NCBI GenBank assembly: GCA_964016885.1
Contig: OZ024743.1
Span: 225,618,001 to 225,682,000 of the forward strand
Length of the DNA stretch: 64,000 bases
Origin: Eledone cirrhosa
Taxonomy: Eukaryota
Direction of reading: 5' to 3'
The position numbers and the translations under genes are program-made. The first letter of the stretch is position 1. Each line of letters opens with the position of its first letter. The notes under the pieces are model-generated. The model saw nothing but the letters and a program-made list of their open reading frames with translations. It was not told the DNA's origin and did no database searches. Below, piece after piece: positions 45,751-62,966 of the stretch.

Positions 45751-45790
<40 letters not shown>
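45232..45790 (-). mobile_element. Diverged relative (418-bp unit, about 1.3 copies) of the 466-bp retrozyme-like repeat
   Basis: Collinear homology to the 466-bp unit. HHR at 45489-45529: ACGGTG-CTGATGA-CAGCTAAGCTA-GAAAC-TA-GTT-CATCGT. Confidence 0.85.
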
Positions 45791-45841
<51 letters not shown>

Positions 45842-45889
45842 GTATATGCTTGGACTCACTGAATGGAGCTGGTGGATGTTGGTGGTGGT

Positions 45890-46495
45890 GGGGTCGCTAG
45901 AACAGATACATCCAGTGAGTATGTCCACAACCGGGACAGGAGTAACCCATGTATATAGGGATACCACGTCTAGGCTGAAGGCATGCCTGTTGTATTTTCT
46001 CCTATCCATCGTTGTCAACGACGCGTTTTTCAGTTTCCTGGGCCACACCTACAAACCGACTTTTGGACTACCCATGGGATCCAGCCTATCGAGTTTTCTG
46101 GCCATCTCATACATGAACAGTACTCAGTTCCTGCGACACCTGCACATTCTTCACCAGATATGTAGATTATATATTCATTCTCATACTCTCCCGTCAAATT
46201 CGAGTCTTTCAACAACACTGACAGAAACATCAGATTCAGTGTGGAACATCCCTCCGTTTCCAAGTCCCTCGCCCTGCTCGACTTAAGACTGAACATCACA
46301 AAAAGCGGGGAGGTTAGCACTGATTCCTATCACAAAACGGCTAGCAGGGACCAGTTCGTCCACTATGAATCTTCCCTCCCCAAAAGCTCTAAGAGAGAGT
46401 ACATTTCTAATGAAATTGCTCGCATACACAACAGATCAGCGATGATACGAGTAGAGCCACCCATATCAAACGGTTCCACAGGGTGTTAGAGACCT
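45890..46495 (+). mobile_element. Penelope-like reverse transcriptase fragment (degenerate)
   Basis: FSFLGHTYKPTFGLPMGSSLSSFLA and LALLDLRL...YHKTASRDQFVHYESSLPKSSK: PLE-type RT and thumb motifs. Confidence 0.85.
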
Positions 46496-47313
46496 CATCC
46501 GGGTAATGAACTTACATATAGTAAGTTCATTGACAAAGAAAATCAGAAAGTAAGTAAATGAACTTACATAAAGATGGTAAAATCTGATTTCTAAATTCTA
46601 TACAGCTGTTTCAGTGTGCAAGGTTTTAACAGCGGCTATTTCTAGCACCCTGGTTGACTATGGCATTTGTCAAACAATATCATTAATAATTTTATGTATT
46701 AATCAAAGTATTAATATATGTAATTTTGCTCCCAGCATTAAATTTTAGTCGAGCTGATTTATTTTAGACCAAATGTGCTGTTGACTTCATTTCTAGCAAT
46801 TCCGTTGGCCTACTTGTGTCACGTTTTCACCGTGTGCGTTCACATTCTGTGTTGAATTTGTGGTGGTTAGTCGTTTCTAATGCGTTCAGTATGACAAATT
46901 CTACTGATGACGGGTTGTTGTCTTAATGGAGTCATTTATTTAATATTTTGCACTGTTTCTCTTGTACCCTGAAATGTGAGGATCTCAAACGCAGAAATAA
47001 CTGTAAAACAACCGATTGAGCATAGAAATTCGGGTAAAATACCCCAGAGACTGAAAAGAGTGGTCAGTGACCACCAACAAGTTCAAGGGCTTCTAGAAAC
47101 GGCAGCGAATGGCTGTGAGAGAAGAAGAAAAGGGAGAAGTTAAGGGAGAGATATAGAAAATGCATCGTTATTTCATCAGCTGGAAATTGACGAGATAACG
47201 ACGCATTTTCTATATCTGTCAGCTTTTCTCTCGAATTTCTATGCTATGATTATCTATAGCAACCGGTTGTTTTACAGTTACTTCTGCATTTGAGCGCCTC
47301 ATATTTCTGTAAA

Positions 47314-47400
<87 letters not shown>

Positions 47401-47424
47401 TGTGTGCATGCATGTATATGTATA

Positions 47425-50085
47425 TATATTTCTATTTATTGCCACGAGTGCGCAAAAGAAGGGGACAAATACAAGAGGGGAGTTTACACAAAAGGGCGAG
47501 TAAAGAAAACAAATAAATATAAAATTAACAATAAAGTCCTCAATAGGGAGGAGGCGTTTTGGGGAGTCGCACACACCCCCGAAAAAAGTGTGCAACCCTT
47601 CTCCTCAGGAGCACAGAGAGGGTGCTCCCTCGTTCCTTCATCTTTTCCATCTACAGGCTGATGTAGAGAGAAGGCCCATTCACACGGGCCATTCTCGCCA
47701 CTTTCACCCACCTTTCATAAAAACTGATCCTGCTTCCGAAATGATATCGGAAGAAACGGATCAGTTGTTGGCCAGAGAGAAAGGTGCCTGACCTCAATCC
47801 TTTCAGACGCGTCCACCATACAACCTCTTTCACCATGGCTATTACGCACAGAAACACCGCCTCTCCTTCATTTTTGAAGGGGGAGGCGGCTTAATCGTTA
47901 CAATGGCTTCGGTGGTCAACCGGATCGGTCCCACCCGTGACAGCAGTGGTTCGACATAGCCCCACAGATCGGCTACGCCCGAGCAGTGTACCAATACGTG
48001 TGCAACGGTTTCCTCGTCGCACACGCATCTGGGACAGATCTTTTTGGCGGGGTCCCTACCCGGGCGCCCGTATCTGTAGAGCTTTTCTCGAACGGGTAGA
48101 GCCCCTCGGTAGCACTGCCAGGCTAGGGACTTCTGGAAGTTGTCCATAGGTCCCGGGTTGAATGTCCTACCGAACAGGCTGGCCAGTTCGTCTTCCTCCA
48201 TGTCTAGGGCTTCTCCGAGGGCGTCGTCGCATCTGCTGCGTACCAGCCCTCTATAGAATGTCGAGGTGGAGTCTCCACTGATAACTGGGTCCGCTTTCCA
48301 GAGGGCCGTGAGCGCCTGGGCACACTCAGTGTGCCAGGCGCCCAGTTTTCTCGGTCTTTGCTTGACCCAGGATTGCAGCTCGGTGAGTGAGACGAGTTTG
48401 GGAAAGGTTCGTCTCACAAACGCGGCCCACACCGGTTGACCGGTGAGGAATACGTGGAGGTGTCGTAGCCTTAATGTGTGTTTACGCATTAGCCACGGCA
48501 TCCCCAGCCCTCCTTTCGAAGGGTGTTGACAGCAGATGGATCTCCTCACCAAAGGAGCCCGCTTCTTCCAAAGGAATTGGAAGAGTGCGCACTCCATCTT
48601 GGCGAGGGTTTTCCTTGGGCAAGGCACGACGGTCAGGCGGTAGTAGATGGCGGACGCTATATAGGTGTTCGCCACCTCCGCCCGACTTTTCAGGGATAGT
48701 TTGCAACTCGCCCACTTCTGGGTCAGTGCAAACACCCTGTTCGTAACCTCACCCCAGTTCTTCTCCACCTGGAGGTCTGGTCCGAACCAGACCCCCGAGC
48801 AACTTCACCGGGTCCTCCGTCCAGCGTCCGACGACGCCATCGGAGGGCATCGGTTTGCCCCTCCACGTGCCGAGTTGCAAACCGATCGACTTGTCCCGGT
48901 TCAGCTTAGCCCCTGTAAAACCTTTCGTACTCCTCCAGCAAGGTGCCGATCGCCTCGATCTCGGAGGCCGTCGACACCATTACTGTCATGTCATCGGCGT
49001 AGGCCCACACCGCTTTCCGCAATCCCGGTTCCAAATGGATGCCCTGCAACAACTCCAACTTCCGCAGCAGTGGCTCTAGAGTCATTACATACAGAAGGGA
49101 GGAGAGAGGGCACCCTTGTCGGATGGACCGCGCGATTTCGAACATTCTCCGAGAGGTAGCCGTTCACCTTGATTCTAGAGCAGATGCGGCTGCTGTGCAT
49201 ACCAATGATCCAGCCCCTGAAAACGGGTCCGAAGCCTGCCGCCGCTAGCACCGCATCCAGGTAACCATGGTCGACTCTATCGAACGCCTTAGATTGATCC
49301 AAGTTGATCAGGGCCCCACCAAAGCCGGGTTCGTTCCCAACCCTCTCTATGAGGTATCGCATGAGGTGGAGGTTGTTGTGGATAGACTTGGACGGGATAA
49401 CACATGTCTGCGCATCTCCCACCAGGCTGCCCACGACAAGCGCCAACCTCTTTGCTAACACCTTGGCCAAAATCTGTAACTCTGTATTTAGCAGAGTTAT
49501 GGGCCTGAAGTTACTTATTTCCTCCCCCTTGTTCTCGTCCTTCCTCACTAGCGTGACTACGCCCTTGGTCACAGAACAGGGAATTCTCCCGTTCTGTTGC
49601 CAATTGCAGTAGATCGCCTCGAGGAGATCGGGGGAACAAGTCCGGCATAGCTAGATATAGTTCGTATGGAAGACCATCGAGACCAGGGGATTTGCGTTTG
49701 CCGCATTGGCTCAGCACGTCTTCTATCTCAGCGGCCGAAATCGGCTCTTTGCAGGACTTCGCCTCCTCGTCCGAAAGACGCGGCAGGCCGTCGAGGTATG
49801 GACCGAAGTCCACTTCCCCAATCGGCTCCCCGCCCCTTCCGAACAATCGGGCAACGTGCCTTTGAAAGGCCTCACACATCTGCCTAGGCTCAAGGATCGC
49901 CCGTCCATCCTGGTCTCGAAATGACCGGATGGTGAATTTAATTCCACTCTTGGCTTCTGTCACGCGGGCCCAGCTAACAGCTTTGGTCCCCTCGTTTCCT
50001 AGAGCACGTATTTTACTTCGGACTACGCAGCCTTCATGCTTCGCGTCGAAAAACTGGCTCAAAGCCGTTCTCGACGCTAGCACTC
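47425..50085 (-). mobile_element. Tx1/L1-clade LINE ORF2 (RT plus C-terminal Zn knuckle), 5'-truncated and frameshifted
   Basis: KSPGLDGLPYE, NFRPITLLN, LDQSKAFDRVDH, IRQGCPLS, AYADD, GGLGMP and CPRC...ETVAHVLVHC; AATAAA followed by a TG-rich tract at the 3' end. Confidence 0.95.
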
Positions 50086-52198
50086 TGAAATGTATATAGT
50101 TAGAAAGACGGTACACAGATTACGTAGGTATGTAGGTAATTTAATAGACTGACATATATACGGGTATATATAGATAAGTTGTTTAAACCATAGGAAGCAA
50201 GTTATGTTAACAATTGTTGAACTTTTAAATAAAGAAGTAATCTTTACTTTTGCATATGTTGTGCGTGTATGTGTATATATATATATATATATATATTACT
50301 TCAAAATATTAATAAATATAGACATTCATGTGATCAAATATATTTTATTATATATATTTCAGAGGTACTGAGCTATTTCAACAGTACGTCCTCATCAGAT
50401 TAAATAAGTTGATGCCTGACATATCTTGACTATGTTGATGGTTATAATTTAGTTATGGCAGTGATATTAGTTATGACAAAACTCAATATTTATATACCTT
50501 AAGTTGAAACATGAAAAATTACATATAATACAGAGGGTGCGTATGAGAATGTGTATAAAGATATATAAATAACTAATAATATATAATACATAAATCTATA
50601 TAACTGTTAACAATTTAAATACTAATAATATATGCATACCTCATTATTGTAGATAGTGGAAGTGAGATATCGCAAATCATGAGGAAAGAGAGAAAAAGAG
50701 GGAGATTTGATCGTAGGAACAAAAGAGGGGAGAAACGATCAAATGATAGAGAGAGGAAAATAAGTTTAATCGTATAAACAAAGGGAGGAAGATATGCATT
50801 GTAACATATAAATAGCGTATAATAAGATAGGGGGAAAGAATATATATATATAACCGGTTTAAGCTTAACCGAGGAGCTTACAAGTCTTTTAGAATATATA
50901 TACATATTTGTATGTGTGTGGGTGTGTGTGTGTATGAGAGAGATCTTTTCCGCTTCACTTTCTTTTAAATCCTTCAAATATCGATATCACCCATCTTGAA
51001 GAGTTTAGAATTGGTATTTACATTCTTGAAATTGTTCACTTCAATTGTTCATATGTACTTTTCCAAATATCATGTACTGTACAAGAATATATTTTATAAG
51101 AATAAGAATGATCCTGAAATCTCAAACCGAAACACAATTTCAATCCTTGTTTTCGGAAAAATCTCAAGAATAATTTCATTTTGACCACTATAAAGGGTCT
51201 TTGGAATTTCACCTTTCGGGATTTACCAGAGTCTATAAATAAGAGAATAAAGTGATTGAGAATTATTTCTTTTTTGAAGGATGTCTTAAGGAATGGGTAC
51301 ACCAGTCAGTTGCCTATCGGTAGTAATTTCTAGAGGCCCAATCTACTTGTGACTGTGTTGGTGTATGAAGGGAGTCCAGTATATTGCTTTGTCGGGGGGG
51401 GGGGGCAGATTTAGACCTTGGGGACCCGGAGCACTTCGAGTCTGGGGGCCCTTTCATACACGAAAAATTAGAATACACATCAAATCCTCAATTTTACATG
51501 TCAAAGTTGGCTGGCGCAAGAAACTGGAATTGAAAAGTTGTAAATAAAGGTATTCAATTCCACTTTCCACACCCGCATGTGTTAGGCAGATTGTCACAGT
51601 CCAAGACCAGGCACATCAGAACAACTTCATCTTGTTCATACATTACATATTTGGCATGGTTTCTATGGCTGGATGCCCTTGCTAATATAACCACTTTAGA
51701 GTGTTTATTGGGTGTATTGTTTTTGCGATACCAACACAACCCCTTTACACAGTGACATCAAGTACTTTTTATTAGAATAATGTTCTGATAACAACTTGAT
51801 GTCTCTAAAGTTGAGAAAATTTGATGAATTTACCACACTAAGGACATTAAATACTTTCTTGTTAAAAATATAGTTCTCGTTGTGAAGGGGATAAAGCTAA
51901 AGGGCACAAATAAATCGCAACAGCCGTCGCCGGTAGGCCCCTCACTGTGAGGGACCCGAGGCAATTGTACCCTTTGACCCCTCATTAAATCCGGCCCTGC
52001 CAGGGGGCCTTTAGTTTTGTTAAGACGGCCCTGTCTTTCAATACATGACAGTGTCGGCGTAAGTTACAGTCAAATCACAGTCAACATAGCTCAAAAATTG
52101 AATTTTCCTAGGTTATATCTTCACCTAAATAGATAGTTCACAGAAAGTGTAGACTAGCGTTGATTTCACCAATGAAATATATATATATATGCGCGCGT

Positions 52199-52322
<124 letters not shown>

Positions 52323-52436
52323 TATATATATGTATAACGAAGGAGGTATGGTAAAGAACCAGATGGACCATAACGCACCAGAGTACTCAATACTTAGGGT
52401 AGTAGAGTGGGAAATAGCAAAATGTTTAAACATTTT

Positions 52437-52439
<3 letters not shown>

Positions 52440-52482
<43 letters not shown>

Positions 52483-52944
52483 TGTAGTTCCTGCCTGTTT
52501 GTTTGTTCACGAACTCCTCCTATGGTTTTGGAGCTAGACCCCCATAATCATATATAGTCTGGAACTACATTGCCTAGGGTACTTGGATAAGTATATTTCA
52601 TTTTAACCAAAAGGTTCCCCGGGGGCACAAAGCCCCGCTGAAAAGTTTTTCCCTTCGATTTATATGAAATTTAAACCATAGGTAAATGACAAGATATGAT
52701 GCCTATTCACAAAAGTTTTGAATTGATATTTTGAAAAAAATTATTTACAAGAAACAAAATAAGAATAAGATTTAATAATGTAATTTTGATTTGATATATT
52801 ACAAAAAATAATGTTTTCCAATTTTCATTGAGTAATATTGAAATGCAGAGTTTTTCTCCATAAATTATATCACTGATTTAAAATCAGTCATCATTTTCTT
52901 ACAAAAAAAAAAAAAAGCAGCAAGGCGCGGGTAATTCGGTTAGT
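52440..52944 (+). mobile_element. Non-autonomous Helitron-like element
   Basis: 5' ctatatata..taaagttg..gtttgtttgttc; 3' gcagcaaggcgcgggta followed by ttagt (degenerate CTAGT end). Confidence 0.55.
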
Positions 52945-52959
52945 ATGTATATATAACTT

Positions 52960-53370
52960 TGATAACTTTGATAGGTTTTGGCCAGAATTGGTTCAGGCCA
53001 TGTATACTTAATAGCACCACCTGGTGAAGTCTTTCAAATCAGGATTTGGACACGATGGCCCACTCAAGAAGGGAGTTATTGCTGGCGGCGATACATCCGG
53101 GTGTAGGAGGAATTTGTCCAAATATTTCTTGAACTTGATAGGGTCTGTTTCTGTTTTAATGTGTTTTGGTGTAATGTTAAAGAGAGCGGAGCCAATTGAG
53201 GTGAAATAATTGTGCCGTATTGTTGTCATGAGATGCGAGTTTGATTTTTGTTGTGGGTAGATAGCACGGGGCCCAAGCCTTGGATGTAGTTTGCAGGTGA
53301 TGCCAACATCATTTGGGCAATGCTGTTGGAATATTTTCCACATCTAGAATGGTGGTTGATTTTAATTGTT
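52960..53370 (-). mobile_element. CR1/L2-group LINE 3' fragment
   Basis: WKIFQQHCPND...HNYFTSIGSALFNITPKHIK...FKKYLDKFL, a typical ORF2 C-terminus. Confidence 0.7.
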
Positions 53371-53377
53371 TTGACTG

Positions 53378-53421
<44 letters not shown>

Positions 53422-53578
53422 CACACATACACACACACATACATTAATAACAATAATAATAATAATAACAACAATAATAATAACGACAACAACAATAATA
53501 ATATACATATACATATACATATACACACACACGCACACACATAAGCATATCTGTACACACACACACACACGATAGCAA

Positions 53579-54080
53579 CTAACAGCGCTGCGATCGAATG
53601 TGGCTTTTTAGCCCAGCCAATGATCTAAAATGTCTTGCACAGAGTCGGCATCCAAAACATTCACTGGGAATAGTCGGCTGTGGTTGGAGTTCATGTACTT
53701 TTGCATGTCGCTTGAGCCCTCCTGCTGATTTACATTCTCTACCACATGTTTGGCAAGCATGATGAGTAGCATCTCCAACAGCAGCCTGGTAGTCAACCAC
53801 TGGTCTTACTTTATGACTGCGAAGATGACTTTCGAGTCCAGCTTTGCTTAGGCAGAGTCTCGCACATACGCTGCATGTCAGCACCATAGGAGGACCCTCG
53901 CCGTCTGGAAGTGCAACAGCAATGCCCTTCCTCACATCCCGCTTTACTTTCTCGTATGCAATTCGAGATGCCTCAAAAGCAACTTTTCCCTCATATACAG
54001 TCTTTCTCCATTTATTACGATCAGCAGCAATATTCTCCCATGTATCAGCCGAGATGTTAGCGTCTTTCAGAGATGTTAGA
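53579..54080 (-). mobile_element. RTE(BovB-like) LINE 3' end with three C2H2 zinc fingers
   Basis: SLKDANISADTWENIAADRNKWR (RTE tail), then CSVC..HLRSH, CQTC..HAKVH and CRLC..HIRSQ. Confidence 0.75.
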
Positions 54081-54463
54081 GTCTTTAGTAAAATCGAAGT
54101 TTTGACTGTGGCCAAGCTAAGGATATACAATTAGGAATGTGCAGCAAAGCACTCGATAAGGTTGTGTCACCTTTAAGTAATAACATACGTTAGACAGCTT
54201 GACAAATTGAAAACTGCGGCAGGTAAGCCTAGCCACATAATACCAAAGCAACGAAAAAAACAATCAGGTTAGACAACAAACCTGGACCGTCTCGAACGAT
54301 ATTATGCAATACGTCCGATAGGTTTCTATGAATCCGAAATCAACAATCCTACTTGCACAGTATGCAAGTTTGTGGTATTCGATAATCGAACTGTAGACTC
54401 ACGTTATCAACAGATTTCCGTTCTGTGCCTCAAACCGTGGTGACGTGTATATATATATGTATA

Positions 54464-54515
<52 letters not shown>

Positions 54516-54791
54516 TACATACATACATACTTATACACACACATACATACTTATACACACATACACACACATATATATGTTCTGTTTATTCGTAAATATT
54601 TCATAACGATAAATACAAACAGTTTGAAATCTAACCTATACCATCTCGAGTAGATAAGAATCGATAGAAATATATGATAGAACAGAGTTAAAAGAACTTT
54701 GAAAGATCACACATGACAACGGTGCTCCAGAAAGGCCGCAGTCTAATGATTGAAAACAGTAAAAATGTGAAAGTGTAAAAGAAATGCTTAC

Positions 54792-54875
54792 GTAAATCTC
54801 CAGATGCTATACAAATAGAACCATATTTGATTGAAAAAAATAGGTCTGGATATCTGGCATGCAGCTTTAGACGTA
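54792..54875 (-). CDS. Exon of an unidentified gene (84 nt, phase 1-1)
   Basis: ctttattttcag acceptor and GTAAGC donor. Reads LRLKLHARYPDLFFSIKYGSICIASGDL, in frame with the 56219 exon. Confidence 0.6.
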
Positions 54876-56218
54876 CTGAAAATAAAGAAATAAAACATAT
54901 GTATTAATATCACACTCATCATCATCATTTTAATGTTATTACTAAATATAACGGCAGTGGATTGGCAGTATCGGTAGAGAGTCAGACACCCTGCTTAGCA
55001 GTATAGAGTTACGGCCCTGCCGAAGTTAGCTTTAAATTTCATCCTTATGGGGTTGATAAAATAAAGCACCAGTAATGCACTGGGGTCGATTTAATCGACT
55101 TTCCCCTCCCTTTCAAATTGCTGGCTTTGTGCCTAAATTAGAAACAAGGGCAGTGGATCGGTATTATCGGTAGAGAGTCGGACACCATGCTTCGCTGCAT
55201 AGAGTTACAACCCTTTACATTATGAATTTAAATCCTGCCGAGATTAGCTTTATATTTCATCCTTACAGGGTCGATTTACTCGACTTTCTCCTCTCCTTAA
55301 AATTGCTGGCCTTGTGTCTAAAGTAGAAACAATTATTACTAAATATAAGAGTGGTGGATTGACAGAATCGTTAGAGCGTCGGACAAATACTTTGCAGTAT
55401 TTGTTTTGGTTCTTTACGTTCAAACACTGTTGCGGTCAACTTTATCGATAAAATAAAGTATCAGTCAAGTACTGGGTCGATTTAATCACCAACTATACAT
55501 TCATCTGCCGCCCATCAAAATTATGAGAAGTTGTGCCAATGTAAGAAATCCTTCTGATCGGCACTATTATAGTGAACCAGTTTCACAACAGTTACGTGCT
55601 GAACTGACATTCTTATCGTGTATAATTTCTGACAATACCTCCGTATTTGTTCCGGGTCTCTGTATTCTGACTTCAAATCCTGCTGATGCTAAAGTGGCCT
55701 TTCAACTTTTTGTAGTCAATAAATAAACTACTAGTACTGTGTCGATTCTTCTTCTATATCTCTTTATCATTTTTCGTCGCTTTCTCTAGAAGAACTCGAC
55801 AGTGTTTAGACCTGGAGAGGGAATAGGCCCTGCCATGTTTAAAATGCTCAAGAAATGCCATGTCAGTAAGGCGCCCTTACGACTCCACTAAGAGTTAAAA
55901 TCTCTTCATTAGTCAGGAAGAGAAAGGTAATGCTCATGTCATTTTTTTTTCATGGCCTCTGAGACATTTAGGCACAATATCAGCAATTTAAGGGAGTGGA
56001 AAGTCGATTATATTCGCCCCAGTATTTGAATGGTACTTTATTTTAACAACCCTAGAGAGGATGAAAGGCAAATTTGAAAAGTTGAGAATCGCATATAATA
56101 TCATAAAGAATATTGTCCGACGCTCTATTGATACTGCCACCAACATCAGACAGGAAAAAAAATAAAAGAAAGAATAAATGCATACGGGATCTACGAAATG
56201 AAGGAAAGCTAAAATTAC

Positions 56219-56365
56219 AGTATCCGTCAAGCTTGGACCAATGACACGATACCATTGCTGACATTAAATCAGTTTCGTTAATGTTAGGACTGTTTGACAG
56301 ATTTGGTTCAAGTTGAAATTCTTCTATAATTTCGTCCAGTTGAGCAGTCACATCCCCAGGTTTGT
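56219..56365 (-). CDS. Exon of an unidentified gene (147 nt, phase 1-1)
   Basis: Long poly-T+CAG acceptor and GTAATT donor. Reads KPGDVTAQLDEIIEEFQLEPNLSNSPNINETDLMSAMVSCHWSKLDGY. Confidence 0.6.
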
Positions 56366-56987
56366 CTGAAAAAAAAAAGAAAGAATATAATCATCTTTAA
56401 CCCGTCAACATTTAATCTGGTTGTATCCGGCCAAAATTCTTTTAACTCTCTCTGTTCAAGCCAGTTATACAGACGTTAAGGTATTGTTCTCAAAATAAAT
56501 AATAACGAAATATCATAGATTCAATATTATGTGAGATAATTATGTGAGGTAAAGTCTTTACCGCAAAAATACAATTGTAAATATAGAGTAACGCAAATGC
56601 TAAAGGGTTAATAGAGATACAACGCATAGTTTTGTGTCTTTATTTCGATCTTCCAATAGATATGTAGGCGTAGCTTGGTTGAATGATTAAGAAGTTTCCT
56701 TCGCAACATTAGGTCCCAGATTCGATGTATGGCATCATAGGCAAGTGTCATGTCATCAATCAAACCATAAAGCTTGTAATACTGTTACACTAAACGTCCC
56801 TGGGAATTACCCTAAGAGTACATGTGTTTGTTGAATGGTGAGCCGTTTGCGCATTAATGTTCCGTTAATCAAACAACTGAAACACCTGTCTTCGAAACCT
56901 ATAGCATTCCATTCCTTTCACACACATTTAAGAATAAAATAACCAGGATTAAATTACATTAAATTATTTAATTGATTTAATTAATGG

Positions 56988-57072
<85 letters not shown>

Positions 57073-57503
57073 GTAATAATAATAATACATTTGAAGACTA
57101 AAATCCAAAGAGGGTTCGATAAGGATAAATATATATCATATATATAAGAACCGTAGAGCAAATATTTATTAAAATAACAGAATAAAGTTTAAGCAGAGAA
57201 TCGCTGCTTTCATCCTTAACGGGATCTTCTGAAACTATATATATATTAAGATTATACAGAGCATTGTAGTTTTTCCAAATTGAAGGATGAGTATTTTAAA
57301 CTTTATTTTATTCTGAGTTAAGGCTCTATTGATTTTTCCCTGGATTTCACCAAATTCTGTGGATTGATCTATATCCTGATTCTTTTTGAATTGAGTTTGA
57401 ATTATTTTCCCACATCTTACGTTAACTATTTCTCCATTTTGACGCTATAGTCACTTATATATGGAATACTGTTGGCTTCTTGCTACAATAATTTTCTATA
57501 CTT

Positions 57504-57547
<44 letters not shown>

Positions 57548-57815
57548 CGTGTGTGTGTACGTGTATAGAGTCCAACTTTGGTTTTCATCCATTTAAATTC
57601 GATAAAAAATACCTGCCTATTCTTCGCTTTTTCCTCTACATTTCCTTCTCATTTCCTTTCTCTCACTCTCTATTCTTCTCTGGAAGACATCTGCTGTATG
57701 TAGATCTGAAGAAGAGATGCACTCCGTCAGGTTTTTAAGAAATGTTCTTGAAACACAGTGTGTCAATGCGGCGCCTTAACGACTCCCCTAGGATATCGGG
57801 TCCATAGATGCATAC

Positions 57816-57875
<60 letters not shown>

Positions 57876-58175
57876 AAGTCGTAGGGGAAGACTCCTCAAA
57901 CACTCCTTCCAGATGCAACCGTTTCGAACTAATCTGGTTGTATCCCCAAGCGAGACCAGCCAAACTGATGGATGTTATCCAACCTACCCCTGGGTCTCCT
58001 GGCGGTTGGTTTTTGCCCGCATGTGGTTAGATTATCTAAGGAAAGAATCGCAGATTCTTTCCTGAGACAATCTAACCACATGCCTATAATATCGCAGCTG
58101 TGATCTCTCAATTAGGAGAAGTAGCGGCTTTACTTGGAGTGACTCTGTAATCTCCAAAGACCCTTCGGAGGAATC

Positions 58176-58211
<36 letters not shown>

Positions 58212-58747
58212 ATATATATATTTGTGTGTGTGTTAGTACATATATATGGTCTGCTTTCATCAAACTCTCTCTTGCAGGTTTCCTGCAACACATCTGAAAG
58301 TAACGTAATCTCTACACGATTGAAATATTATATATATCTCAAAATTAATTTTCTCCAATGCTAAACGCTGCACATTAATCTGTAATATATATATATGTAT
58401 TGGGTAATTGCTGGCCTTGTGCCAAAAGTAGAAACAATTAATCTGTAATATATATATATATAAACACAAATTTAAATTTTGAAAACCAAAACAATGCGTT
58501 AGGCAGAACGTTAAATAGCCAAACAAAATAATCTTACCTTAGCAAATATTTTCGGGTTTAAAGAGCCATTATCACGTGAGTAACCCTATGAGAGACTTAA
58601 CATATTTGGGATCGTTAAATTTGCTAAAGTAAGATTCTTTTGTTATCATGCCAAGTTAACGTTCTTCCTAACGCATTGTTTTGGTTTTCAAAATTTAAAT
58701 TTGTGTTTCCTATTCACTAATGCTTCAAGCAAGCTATAAAACTCTGT

Positions 58748-58780
<33 letters not shown>

Positions 58781-58781
58781 C

Positions 58782-58816
<35 letters not shown>

Positions 58817-58843
58817 CATACATATATATATATATACATATAC

Positions 58844-62964
<4,121 letters not shown>

Positions 62965-62966
<2 letters not shown>

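Noticed and set aside
46595-46615. GAAACAGCTGTA hammerhead half-site (minus strand)
   Set aside because: No matching core or stem I was found upstream; at best a truncated remnant.
50365-50405. CTGATGA...GAAA motif on the minus strand
   Set aside because: Stems I and III do not pair convincingly.
57892-58118. Possible extended U3-type hammerhead on the minus strand
   Set aside because: The core (TTGAGAG) and stem III are too degenerate to support a call.
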